From NCBI GenBank assembly GCA_000004985.1, contig GG738855.1: DNA of 64,000 nt. The stretch is one strand, 5' to 3'. Below, in pieces: positions 42,405-51,943 of the stretch (its first letter is position 1; the number at the start of each line of letters is the position of its first letter). The translations under genes were made by a program, and so were the position numbers. This DNA is from Naegleria gruberi (Eukaryota). Below the pieces are notes generated by a model. It was not told the origin of the DNA. It saw nothing but the letters and a program-made list of their open reading frames with translations, and ran no database searches.

Positions 42405-45400
42405 ATGCCGTCATTCCTCTCCAAGGGCAACAAACAACAACAGAGGGCCAGATCTTCTTCATCATCCAGTTACTACAACAGCCGAAATAAACATGATGGT
42501 GAATTACGTTTTCATGATGATGACGATGATATTGACAATTTCTTGGAACCTTCACATGACGTTCAACAACATCACGAAGCGGAATCAAAGAGAAAAAGTA
42601 TTACTCTTGCAGCACAATCAGTACCTGCCATAGTTTCAAATTCTGTTATTGGATGGCTTTCTGCTGTATCACTCGTTGTTCACTTGATAGTTTTAATAGC
42701 TTTTATTGCACTACCTCTCTTTTTAATATTTATTCATTTTGATTTTTGTTTCAAATGTGGAGGAGCAGAGTTTTTAATAATATTTCTGATGAGTTTGTTT
42801 GGAGTGGGATTACTCTTGTTTGGAATGCTGTATCCTCTCCGACAATATATTATTGAAAGGAGGAAACAATCAAAGTTAACACAAGAAGATATCATACAAC
42901 AACAATTGGAAGCACCTCTAGAAGATATGGAAGATGGTGAACATGGTATTGATTTTGATGAATATCATCATGATAATCAATTTGATGATGCACCAGCGGA
43001 TCGTGGTTTGACAAGTGGAAAAATTTCAATCTCCCTCGCTAGAGCAAATAGTAATTCTGGTTGGTTTAAGAGATTTTTCGATATTTCAGAGTTTTTAAAA
43101 ACAAGTAAGAAGGAAAAGGCTGCATGTTGTGTTTTCTCTACTTGTAGTATTGCTTCCTTCATTTGGTTGGCAGTCACAATCATTGTATTTTTAACATTTA
43201 TTTTCTTTGTGAGGTCAACTAGAGTTAACAAATCTGGACACATTTATTCATCAGTTATTTCTGGTAAAAAGGTTAGGATTGAGAGAGAACCTACAGGTAT
43301 GGTTCACGTTGCTGCTGAAAATATTAATGACCTTGCTTTTGGTCAAGGTGTTGCTGCTGCTCAAGACAGACTCTTCCAAATGGAACTCTACAAGATTATT
43401 GGTAAAGGCTCATTGGCAGAGATTGTTGGTTCGGATGCTCTCATTTTGGACAAGCTTTCACACGTTCTAGGTTTAAGAAAGTATGCTGAGGAGAATTTAG
43501 CAAATATTCCAAAGGATATAGTTTCTATTATTCAATCCTATGTTGACGGTATTAATGCATATATTGAATCAGGTCCTGCTCTGAGTGCAGAATTTTCTCT
43601 TGTTGGTTTCAAACCAACTAAATGGGAAGTTATTGACGTTTTGACATTTGAGAAATTATTTGCCTTACAAATGACTTACAACTACATTTTTGAATTGGCA
43701 AGATTAGTTGTTTTGGAGAGAGGTGCTACATTGGAGAGAGTAACAGAGCTTTCATCACCAATGTATGCTAATTATTTCACAGTTTTCAATAGGGAAGAAT
43801 TAAAGATGAATATCACTGATGAGGAGGCTGAAGAAATTGAGAAAAAGTTGTGGGATCAATCAGGTGCTTATATTCCATCTTCCACAAATTCTGGTGACGA
43901 ACATGTTCATAATTTTGGAGAAATGCTGTATGAGAAGCTATCAAATGACAAGTACCTCAAATTACTTTTACCAACCAAGAAGGGAAGTAGCAGAGGTTCA
44001 AATAATTGGGTTGTCGGCAAGAGTATTTCCGATTCCTCAAGTGGTTACAATGTTAACGATCCTCATTTGGATATTATGGCTCCCGTTATTGTTCAACAAA
44101 TTCACTTAAAGATTGTTAAGGATATTACTGCTGTTAATGATATTACATCAGTCAAGATGGAAGAGAATACATTTGAATTGATTGGAGCAAGTTTCCCTGG
44201 ATTACCAAGTGTTGGTATTGGTAGATCAGCTTTTATTTCTTGGAGTATTACCTTGTCTTTTAGTGATGTTCAGGATTTGTATGTATTGACTCCATGTCCT
44301 GATCAACCAGACACTCACTACATGGTAGATGGTAAACCAGAAGAATACAAGATTAGAAAGGTTAATATCAAGGTTGCTGGTGAAGAGAATGTGGAATTGG
44401 TAGTTAAAGAAAGTAGATTCGGTCCTGTTATTAATGACCCATTGATTACCATTGCTCATGCAGATGTAAAGACTCAAAAGCCAATGGCTCTCAAATGGAC
44501 TGCTCACTTACCAAATGATACTTCTATTATGGGTCTGCAACAAATGACTAATGCAAAGACTATGGATGAGTTCGCCAAGGCTACAAGGTTACTCACAGCT
44601 TTACCTTTTAGCATTGTTTTCACTGATAGAAATGGTAATATTGGTTATTCGTTGACAGGTACAACACCAATTAGACAACAAGGACATACTGGCATGTTTG
44701 CAATGCCTGGTGATATTTCCAAATATGAATACAAGGGATACGCCACTGGTGATCAAATAACAGTTATTAATCCACCAAAGGGTTATATTATTACAGCCAA
44801 CAACAGAATCACACCTGGTGGATTCCCTTATATTGTTAGCAACGATAACGAATTTGATTATAGAGCTAAAAGAATTGATGAAATGATTAGAAATGTTTTA
44901 GATGTAGAAAATAGAAAGATCACACAAAAAGACATGATAGAGGCACAAAATGATGTAAAGAGTTTGATCTATGAAGAGCTCAAGTTTGTACTCAGAAATA
45001 TTTCTCAATCACTCAAGGAAGATCCATATGCCAAATATGTTAATGGTTTGCTCAATGATTGGGACGGAAAGATTCTTAGAGAATCTACTCATGCCACTTT
45101 ATTTGAATTTTTCCTTACAAATCTTATCAAATTACCTGAGCATGAAGTCGGAAAGAAGTACTGGAATGATTTCTTCTATCTAAGAAGAGCTTTATCCAGT
45201 AATGGCGATATTGCTTGCACAGTCCACAGAAAGCAAACTTGTCAAGAGTTTGCAGTGGCCACTTTTAAGGAAACTGTTGACATTTTATTGAAACACTTTG
45301 GACAAATTCCTCCTTGGAAAGTTGTTCACTATATTGATGCATCCCATCCATTATTGGGATTGACACCACTTTCTTGTTTATCTGACAGAAAGATTCACTC

Positions 45401-45707
45401 CAATGGTGGCACATACACTGTGAATATCAACAATTTTGTCTATGATAAGGTTACTGAAACAACTATTCCAACTGTAAATGCAGCAGTTTATAGACAAATT
45501 ATTGGTGGAGGTGAATTCTCTAATTCTAAAATTGAAGGACAAGATGATTTATGGATCTCACCACTTGGACAAGATGGAAATATGTTTTCAGAACACTATG
45601 ACAACTTTATTGAAAAGTATATTGAGGGATCCTATCTCCCACTCACCACTGAGGCCAAGTACTTGTCTGACGTTTTTGAAATTCTTCCAACAGAAAAGTC
45701 GGATTAA
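42405..45707 (+). CDS. Penicillin amidase / acylase family (Ntn hydrolase) protein with ~290-aa N-terminal polytopic membrane extension
   Basis: 1100-aa ORF. Penicillin-amidase signature GMVHVAAENINDLAFGQGVAAAQDRLFQMELYK. Nucleophile context GSSRGSNNWVVGKS (SNxW). N-terminal TM helices LSAVSLVVHLIVLIAFIALPLFLIFIHF and FLMSLFGVGLLLFGMLYPL. Confidence 0.7.
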   Translation: MPSFLSKGNKQQQRARSSSSSSYYNSRNKHDGELRFHDDDDDIDNFLEPSHDVQQHHEAESKRKSITLAAQSVPAIVSNSVIGWLSAVSLVVHLIVLIAFIALPLFLIFIHFDFCFKCGGAEFLIIFLMSLFGVGLLLFGMLYPLRQYIIERRKQSKLTQEDIIQQQLEAPLEDMEDGEHGIDFDEYHHDNQFDDAPADRGLTSGKISISLARANSNSGWFKRFFDISEFLKTSKKEKAACCVFSTCSIASFIWLAVTIIVFLTFIFFVRSTRVNKSGHIYSSVISGKKVRIEREPTGMVHVAAENINDLAFGQGVAAAQDRLFQMELYKIIGKGSLAEIVGSDALILDKLSHVLGLRKYAEENLANIPKDIVSIIQSYVDGINAYIESGPALSAEFSLVGFKPTKWEVIDVLTFEKLFALQMTYNYIFELARLVVLERGATLERVTELSSPMYANYFTVFNREELKMNITDEEAEEIEKKLWDQSGAYIPSSTNSGDEHVHNFGEMLYEKLSNDKYLKLLLPTKKGSSRGSNNWVVGKSISDSSSGYNVNDPHLDIMAPVIVQQIHLKIVKDITAVNDITSVKMEENTFELIGASFPGLPSVGIGRSAFISWSITLSFSDVQDLYVLTPCPDQPDTHYMVDGKPEEYKIRKVNIKVAGEENVELVVKESRFGPVINDPLITIAHADVKTQKPMALKWTAHLPNDTSIMGLQQMTNAKTMDEFAKATRLLTALPFSIVFTDRNGNIGYSLTGTTPIRQQGHTGMFAMPGDISKYEYKGYATGDQITVINPPKGYIITANNRITPGGFPYIVSNDNEFDYRAKRIDEMIRNVLDVENRKITQKDMIEAQNDVKSLIYEELKFVLRNISQSLKEDPYAKYVNGLLNDWDGKILRESTHATLFEFFLTNLIKLPEHEVGKKYWNDFFYLRRALSSNGDIACTVHRKQTCQEFAVATFKETVDILLKHFGQIPPWKVVHYIDASHPLLGLTPLSCLSDRKIHSNGGTYTVNINNFVYDKVTETTIPTVNAAVYRQIIGGGEFSNSKIEGQDDLWISPLGQDGNMFSEHYDNFIEKYIEGSYLPLTTEAKYLSDVFEILPTEKSD

Positions 45708-46515
45708 GATTCGCACATCTTTAGCCAAACAGGTAAAGGATTTGTTTATTTTGAGCAATCAAAGTTTAACGGTGAATACCTCAACTGCAAGATGGGTTAT
45801 TTTACTTGATGCATTCATTAGAAGAGATTAATTTAATTCAAACAATCATGCATCTTTGGGTCATAAACATAAAGCTGATTTACCATATTTACTGATTAAC
45901 ATCGTTCTAAAGTTACTGTTCGACTATCTCTGTATTACCCATAAATGGACATTATTAATCTCTCACTTTTGAATTACCCTTTTCGAATAACATTGTTTAA
46001 ATTCTTCGAATAATTTATTATTATTGGTGAGGCAATGGCAAAGAAATTGAGTGTTTCTATTGTGGCTACTGAAGAAACAAATAGGGAGGTTTCGTCCAAA
46101 TACTTGGTAAGGTCGTTACTGGTCTTGTCCCACTTGTTAGAAACAAGAAGAAGGAAAAGACGAAAGTATACGAAATGGGAGATTCCACTAATGTTGTATG
46201 GACGAATGGATGTATGAATTTTGAAATGTATCTGAAAGGAAACTATTCTGATAGTTTGGCTTTACATAGAGAATTTTCTGAAAAACATCCAGAAGATAAA
46301 CCAACTCTACAGCTCATCAAAAAAAATCTTAAAGAAACTTCCAAAAATGTTAATGAAACACGGGATGACCTGAACTGGTCAAAGCTAGTCAACTTCTGCT
46401 TGTCACTGATATTTCCTTCCCAAGTCATTGAACTGAAGTGAGATAAACTTGCCGAAACTCATCACGGATCGCTTCAAAACAATACGAAAAATTGCCTCAT
46501 CATTGAACATGCATT

Positions 46516-48732
46516 CATTATCGGCAATATTCATCCTACTTTTTTACACTATTCTATTCGCAAGGAATTTACAGTTCTTTTACTTGTTTTCACATTTCAT
46601 CAACCGATGCAAAAGTTTGCTCTTCTCGAGGGTCATGCCTTTCTACCAACAATTGCACATGTTCTACAGGTTTCTACGGAAGTAATTGTCAGTGGAGTGA
46701 TGATCCAATACTAAACGAACCTACTTTGGATTTATTTGGTTTAGGAATTGGAATTGTTAGACGAAATGTTTCGAATCCAACCTATGATTTGATGATTTCT
46801 GCAACTAAATTAACTTTTCTTGATTCTAAATTGAGAGAATTGATGGGATGTTCATTGGAAAGTGAAAATTGTTATTCTGTAATTGAATTTAAATGGTCAA
46901 TTAGTATGAATGCAATTAGTTTGGATTCTTCTAATGGATTTGTGATGGCAAATTTATCCCAAGTTGATGTATTGACATTTTCTCCAGTCATTCAATTTCA
47001 AAGTAGCAAAGGTTTGATTTCTGGCAGTCAGTTGATTACTTCTATTGAACTAAAGACGAAATATTCTAACGTTAACATGAGTACTAAAGGATGTACTCTA
47101 ANAAGGAACATCACATTGGAAATTGAAAATACAGTAACTTGTCTCTGTTCACACACAACCATGTTCTCTACCTTTATTGAACATAACAGTACATTTGCTG
47201 TCAAAGTCAAACAACAGCTGTCAACGCTATATTATGCTCAAATAGCTTTTGGTGTATTCTATTTTATCATTTCCTTAATAATATTAATTCTATTATTTGC
47301 TTTTAGAAAGGAACAACCAATTTCAAGTAGATTAGCAACTCCATTTATGGGAATGATAGCCCTATTGGTAGAAAGTTGTTTAATTTACATTACTCAGAGA
47401 GGAATTTTAGTGAATCAACTGAAATCTAGTAATAATCAAATGTGGGAGAGTGGAGATAATGATTCCAATATTATTGCAAATATTGTTACAATTTTTGTAA
47501 ACTCTTTAAATTTAACAGCAATATTTTGCTATGTTATTCAAGTGGTTAGATTTGAATTGATGAAATTCATGTACAAATTAATTCACAAGACGAAAGGAAA
47601 TGAGTCTAAAAGTGATATAGTATTGAAATCTATTAGAATATCAACATCAACAAGTTTATTCTTACTCTTGACAACTTTATTTATGAGTTTTAATCTGGTT
47701 TATTGGACAATTTGGGTTGTTTTGAGACGAATTAATGTAATTGAGCCTTCAACTTACACTTACATTGTTTCCATTTCGTATACTGTCATAATATTCTTCT
47801 TGAGTTTAGTAATTGCAACTGTATTAGTATTCGATTTTATTATAACAATTAAAGAAAAGAAAGAAGAGAAGAAGAATGAGCCCACAGATTCAACAGTGAA
47901 AGAAAATCTGGTAAAGAAATCAATCAAGATGAAGAATTCACTCTCAAAGGTTTATGATTTTTTCATTAGTTTAGATGAGCCACTCTATTTCAGAGTCGAA
48001 ATGATTCTCTACCTAATATGTTTCGTATTTCTAATAGTGAATCAAGTGATTGGACTCATTGGATTACCATATCGATTCATAGACGAGGAAAATTACAAGA
48101 CAGCTCTCCAATATGATGTAATTTCATTTATATTTGAAGTTTTATACGTTTTCACCTATATTCTAGTATTTGGTGGATATGCTTTGTTGATCCTACTCAT
48201 TTACAAAGTAAAGATTTGGAGAAAATTTTCAAAGAATGGAAAATCAAAGCAGGATGATGGAATGTTGAAGAATAAGGAACTTTTACTTGTGATTAGGAAT
48301 GAGGAATCGTACGAATCATTTGAAAAGTTTTGTGAAAAGGAATTTTCCTTAGAGAATCTTTATTTACATTCAATATTGGAAAAACATTCAAAAATAGTGA
48401 ATGGAGAGACATTTGAAGGGTTATCAACTCTACTTAATCAAATATTTGAAGGATTCATCCAATCAGGAGCAACAAATGAAGTGAATATTCCAAACAGTTG
48501 TAGAACAAAGATTGTCAACCTCCACAAAAAATATGGTTTTGAAAAGAAGGATTCAGATTTAAAGAATGTTGATTTAGAAGAAGTGAGACAGGCATTCTTT
48601 TCATTAGTTCAACAAGTATTTGTCAATCTTGGTGACACCTTCTCTCGATATTCTCTAACAACTGAATGGAAAGTTTTCAAAAAGGCAATTGAATTGAAAG
48701 AACACATTACGGAGAAAGCAAACTTGTATTAG
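46516..48732 (+). CDS. EGF - GPS-like - 7TM receptor with C-terminal cytoplasmic RGS domain (adhesion-GPCR-like 7TM-RGS)
   Basis: Main ORF 46726..48732 (668 aa; ambiguous base n at 47102). Seven hydrophobic helices: YAQIAFGVFYFIISLIILILLFAF; FMGMIALLVESCLIYIT; IIANIVTIFVNSLNLTAIFCYVIQVV; STSLFLLLTTLFMSFNLVYWTIWVVL; YIVSISYTVIIFFLSLVIATVLVF; MILYLICFVFLIVNQVIGLIGL; VISFIFEVLYVFTYILVFGGYALLILLIY. GPS-like TCLCSHTTMFSTF lies ~25 aa before TM1. C-terminal RGS core ESYESFEKFCEKEFSLENLYLHSILE. The same frame is open upstream to ~46516 and encodes an EGF module VCSSRGSCLSTNNCTCSTGFYGSNCQ. A signal-peptide-like MHSLSAIFILLFYTILFA lies in a neighbouring frame (46509...), so the 5' end is unresolved. 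Confidence 0.6.
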   Translation, partial: HYRQYSSYFFTLFYSQGIYSSFTCFHISSTDAKVCSSRGSCLSTNNCTCSTGFYGSNCQWSDDPILNEPTLDLFGLGIGIVRRNVSNPTYDLMISATKLTFLDSKLRELMGCSLESENCYSVIEFKWSISMNAISLDSSNGFVMANLSQVDVLTFSPVIQFQSSKGLISGSQLITSIELKTKYSNVNMSTKGCTLXRNITLEIENTVTCLCSHTTMFSTFIEHNSTFAVKVKQQLSTLYYAQIAFGVFYFIISLIILILLFAFRKEQPISSRLATPFMGMIALLVESCLIYITQRGILVNQLKSSNNQMWESGDNDSNIIANIVTIFVNSLNLTAIFCYVIQVVRFELMKFMYKLIHKTKGNESKSDIVLKSIRISTSTSLFLLLTTLFMSFNLVYWTIWVVLRRINVIEPSTYTYIVSISYTVIIFFLSLVIATVLVFDFIITIKEKKEEKKNEPTDSTVKENLVKKSIKMKNSLSKVYDFFISLDEPLYFRVEMILYLICFVFLIVNQVIGLIGLPYRFIDEENYKTALQYDVISFIFEVLYVFTYILVFGGYALLILLIYKVKIWRKFSKNGKSKQDDGMLKNKELLLVIRNEESYESFEKFCEKEFSLENLYLHSILEKHSKIVNGETFEGLSTLLNQIFEGFIQSGATNEVNIPNSCRTKIVNLHKKYGFEKKDSDLKNVDLEEVRQAFFSLVQQVFVNLGDTFSRYSLTTEWKVFKKAIELKEHITEKANLY

Positions 48733-49191
48733 ATTGAAATACTACATTAGATGATAACCTTCAAGAATTCAAACGGTGGAACGGAATTAATAGAAAATGA
48801 CATAGAATATTGTTTTTTACTTTTCACCAAATGAGTTGACAATTGGTCCAAACTGCAGCAGAATTAGCCACCAATAAAGTAGGCTTTTTGTATTGATAAT
48901 TTAGTAATCACGTTTTGTCTAATGCAGTTGTACAACATAGCTTAGTGCAAATCACGTTTCGAATAATCACGTTTGTTTCGAATATATTGTTGCTGGTGAA
49001 TAGTTTAATTTATTTCATTTCTCTTGCTTTATTTTCATGCTACAAATGACACTTATAGAACTAAATGGCAACTTTTCAAACTTATTCTCATCAATGAGAA
49101 AGCTACAACATTGTTCAAAGCCAAAATATTTTACTCATTCCAGTTCATCTTTTGCAAAATTTTTTGTTTTGAATAATGTTCTAGGCGATTT

Positions 49192-49216
49192 ATTTCGCCT
49201 AAATTTTAGGCGAAAT
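49192..49216. repeat. Near-perfect 25-bp palindrome atttcgcctaaa-t-tttaggcgaaat within a cluster of TAGGCGAAA motifs
   Basis: Direct reading. TAGGCGA(AA) motif copies at about 49183, 49207, 50275 and 51742. An inverted pair ttcagtaacacc/gttcccaac (49224-49254) versus ttcagtaacacc...gttgggaac (50231-50260). Confidence 0.6.
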
Positions 49217-50421
49217 TTCTGGCGTTCCCAACTCATCGTCCATTCAGTAACACCTTTTTAGTTTTACCATTATGGCAACTACTGGTTATTTTTGTTACTG
49301 AATGTTTTTGTTGGATTTTTAGCAAAAGGTGTATCACCTTGTGCCCAGCATGTGTGAAGAGACTTCACAACTGCTTCATCAATGTACTTATTATTCAGAC
49401 GGGTAGTAGAACAGATTCTTTCTATTGCTTGCATTTGTTATGGTTCTGTCAATAAAATAAATTTTTTTTTACGGAAAGCCAGCTGTCTGATCTGACTTTT
49501 CGACTTTAAAATTTTTTCCAATTTTTTGCTAGAAAAATTTTCAAGTCGAAATTCCATAGTTTTTTCCCTAATTGATTTCTAAGGCTATTCTCTTTATGAA
49601 TATTTAATATTTGAAGGAGAAAATTGGTAAATATATTATATATTAATAATATCATAATTTGGTTTTCAAACTTCGAATGAAATTGAGAACACACCTGTAG
49701 AACATGCTATCTATCACTAACTTTATGTTTGCAGCCTTGGTGGTGATGGAGAAAATATTATTTCTGTAGTTTTGGTATTTATTTTATAGAGAATTATTTT
49801 TATCATACTGAACTTTCTCAGATTATACTCTTGTATGTCTAAAATCATATATATCAGTTTTACATATCCATAATATGTACATCATAAGTTATTAATTTAT
49901 TCTCTAAAATTGGGGATTTTCAAAAATAAAAAATAAAAAATAAAAAAAATTAATAACTCCTTTATTATTCGATAATTAATGGAAACCATTGATTTTACAT
50001 TCTGATATGAAACAATATCTTCGGAATTATGTCCCTGATTATGAAATTGCAATAAAAACATCATCTATTTATCAAAAACTAATTCTGTATATATTGTTGG
50101 AAAGAGGGTGCTGATACCAAATATCAAAACTTTTTCTTAATAATGGTGATTGTCTATTCAGATAGATGTAGATTATGTTTTAGTTGAATGCTGTTGTTGA
50201 TTACCAGTTTGGACAACAATCTAAATGCGGTTCAGTAACACCATATTAGAAGTTGGGAACACCAGGAAATTTATCTAGGCGAAAAAAATCTGCCTGAAAT
50301 GGTTATGCCAAATTTATCTTTACGGTCATAACTACCATTTAAAGCACTGTACACCAGCAAGAATAAAAAACACCATCAAGAAATTTATTAAAAAAATGGT
50401 TTAGTTGGTTGTTCCTTAATC

Positions 50422-51608
50422 TTACTTCTTTCTGAAAGGTGGAGAGATTCTATTGGAGGGTCTCTTACTTCTTCTGCCCCTTACTGGTGTGATGATAACT
50501 TCCTCTGATTCGAGTGTGGAAGAAATAGAAGCAACCTTAATGACATCATCCCCATCGGAAGAAGTAGTCTTTTTGCTTGATATTGGGACGGATTCTGATG
50601 GTAAAACATCATTGTTTGCCGAGTCTGTTTCTTGTGACATTTCATCAGAAGGAGACAATTCTTCTTCAGCTGGTAATGAATTGCTTGTATTTTGGAATGA
50701 TTCTGATGGTAAAACATCATTTGTTTCTTGAGAGATTTCTTCAAAAACCTCATCATCAAAATTGGCAGCATCTTTATCACATCCTAAAACACGAGAGGAT
50801 AGATATTTAGGATCAATAGGATACTTGCATTGAGTGAATGGAGTTTCTGTAGATAGAAATCCACCAGTTGCTTGCCATTCAACAACAATTTTGTTACCTT
50901 GTGTTAAAGAAAGTACTTTAGCCTTTCTCTTTCTGATCTCTCCGTCATTAATCTTAATTGCCTTTGCATATGGAGGCTTGTCAACCATTACCAGTTGATT
51001 GATTTTGAAGGTAGATTCTACATTTGCTTTGTGTTTGTTGACTCTTTCGGCTTGCTTTTTAAATCTTTTTTGGACCGTTTCAACAATTAAAGCAGTGTCA
51101 ATAATGATTGAGCACTTCTCACGTTCATCACAAAAATCAGATATTCTACTTGGTGCCACCTTATCAAACAAGTCTTGAGGAGTGAACTTTGTAACACTAT
51201 GTACCGTGTTATTATGTTTTAAGACAACTTCCTTCAAATGGTCAACCCAAGTTCCAGCGTCGTTTTCATCAACAATGGATCGAATTTTGACCTCTATGCC
51301 ATCTTTGGTAGTTCTGTTGCACCTTTCAGCCAATCCGTTTTCTGAGGGACTGTAAGGGTTGGTAGCTGAATCCTTACAGTCCCTCAGAAAATCCTTACAA
51401 TAATTTGCTCAACTGGCTGAATTGGTGAAACAAAGGGAGTTTGTACTTGTTGACTAATGCTGTTTGGAGTTTCACTATTTGGAGTACTGTTGGAAATTAC
51501 AATTCTGTGAGGTTGATTTTGAGTAGCAATATAATTTTGGAATCTACTGAGGAAACTTGGGTCACTGGCTAGTTGATTAATAAGAGAAACAATCAGTCCT
51601 TGGTCCAT
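50422..51608 (-). mobile_element. Ty3/gypsy (Skipper-like) retrotransposon fragment: integrase C-terminal region plus chromodomain-like segment plus repetitive acidic tail
   Basis: ORF complement(50422..51333) reads LAERCNRTTKDGIEVKIRSIVDENDAGTWVDHLKEVVLKHNNTVHSVTKFTPQDLF, the post-DDE integrase region. A chromo-like segment is KIVVEWQATGG...TETPFTQCKYP. The tail has a ~120-bp tandem duplication (NDVLPSES x2) at about 50560-50760. An upstream fragment ORF complement(51384..51608) is present. No LTRs identified. Confidence 0.5.
51342..51386. repeat. Perfect 16-bp inverted repeat (ctgagggactgtaagg / ccttacagtccctcag) with 13-14-nt spacer forming a hairpin
   Basis: Direct reading. Located between the two retroelement ORF fragments. 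A further partial copy (atccttaca) follows at 51388-51397. Confidence 0.7.
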
Positions 51609-51943
51609 ATTGAATATTTTTTAAGATTTTAACATATTTTACAACAACAGTTAAATTTTTCAATTTATAGTGGTCAAGGATTATAACTAAGGATTCTTGA
51701 TTAATTGCAACCGTTCCAATAAAAGTACTTTTTATTTGTTATAGGCGAAAAAAATCTGCATAATGATTCATGCAATCCTTAGTTATAAATGAAACCTTGT
51801 ATCTATTCCTTATTGATGTGGTTACAACTCGTAATGGTTCCCTTGGTTGGACTGATAAACAAGGAATGCAGAAAAAGAAAACATACACCAAACATTAACT
51901 GTCAGGGAAGTTGTCATAGACACATCAAAACAAATCAAAAAAA

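Noticed and set aside
46035-46441. Small ORFs MAKKLSVSIVATEETNREVSSKYL... and MGDSTNVVWTNGCMNFEMYLKG... as genes
   Set aside because: No domain or motif support. A putative 34-nt intron between them is shorter than any convincing intron seen in this window. Left unannotated.
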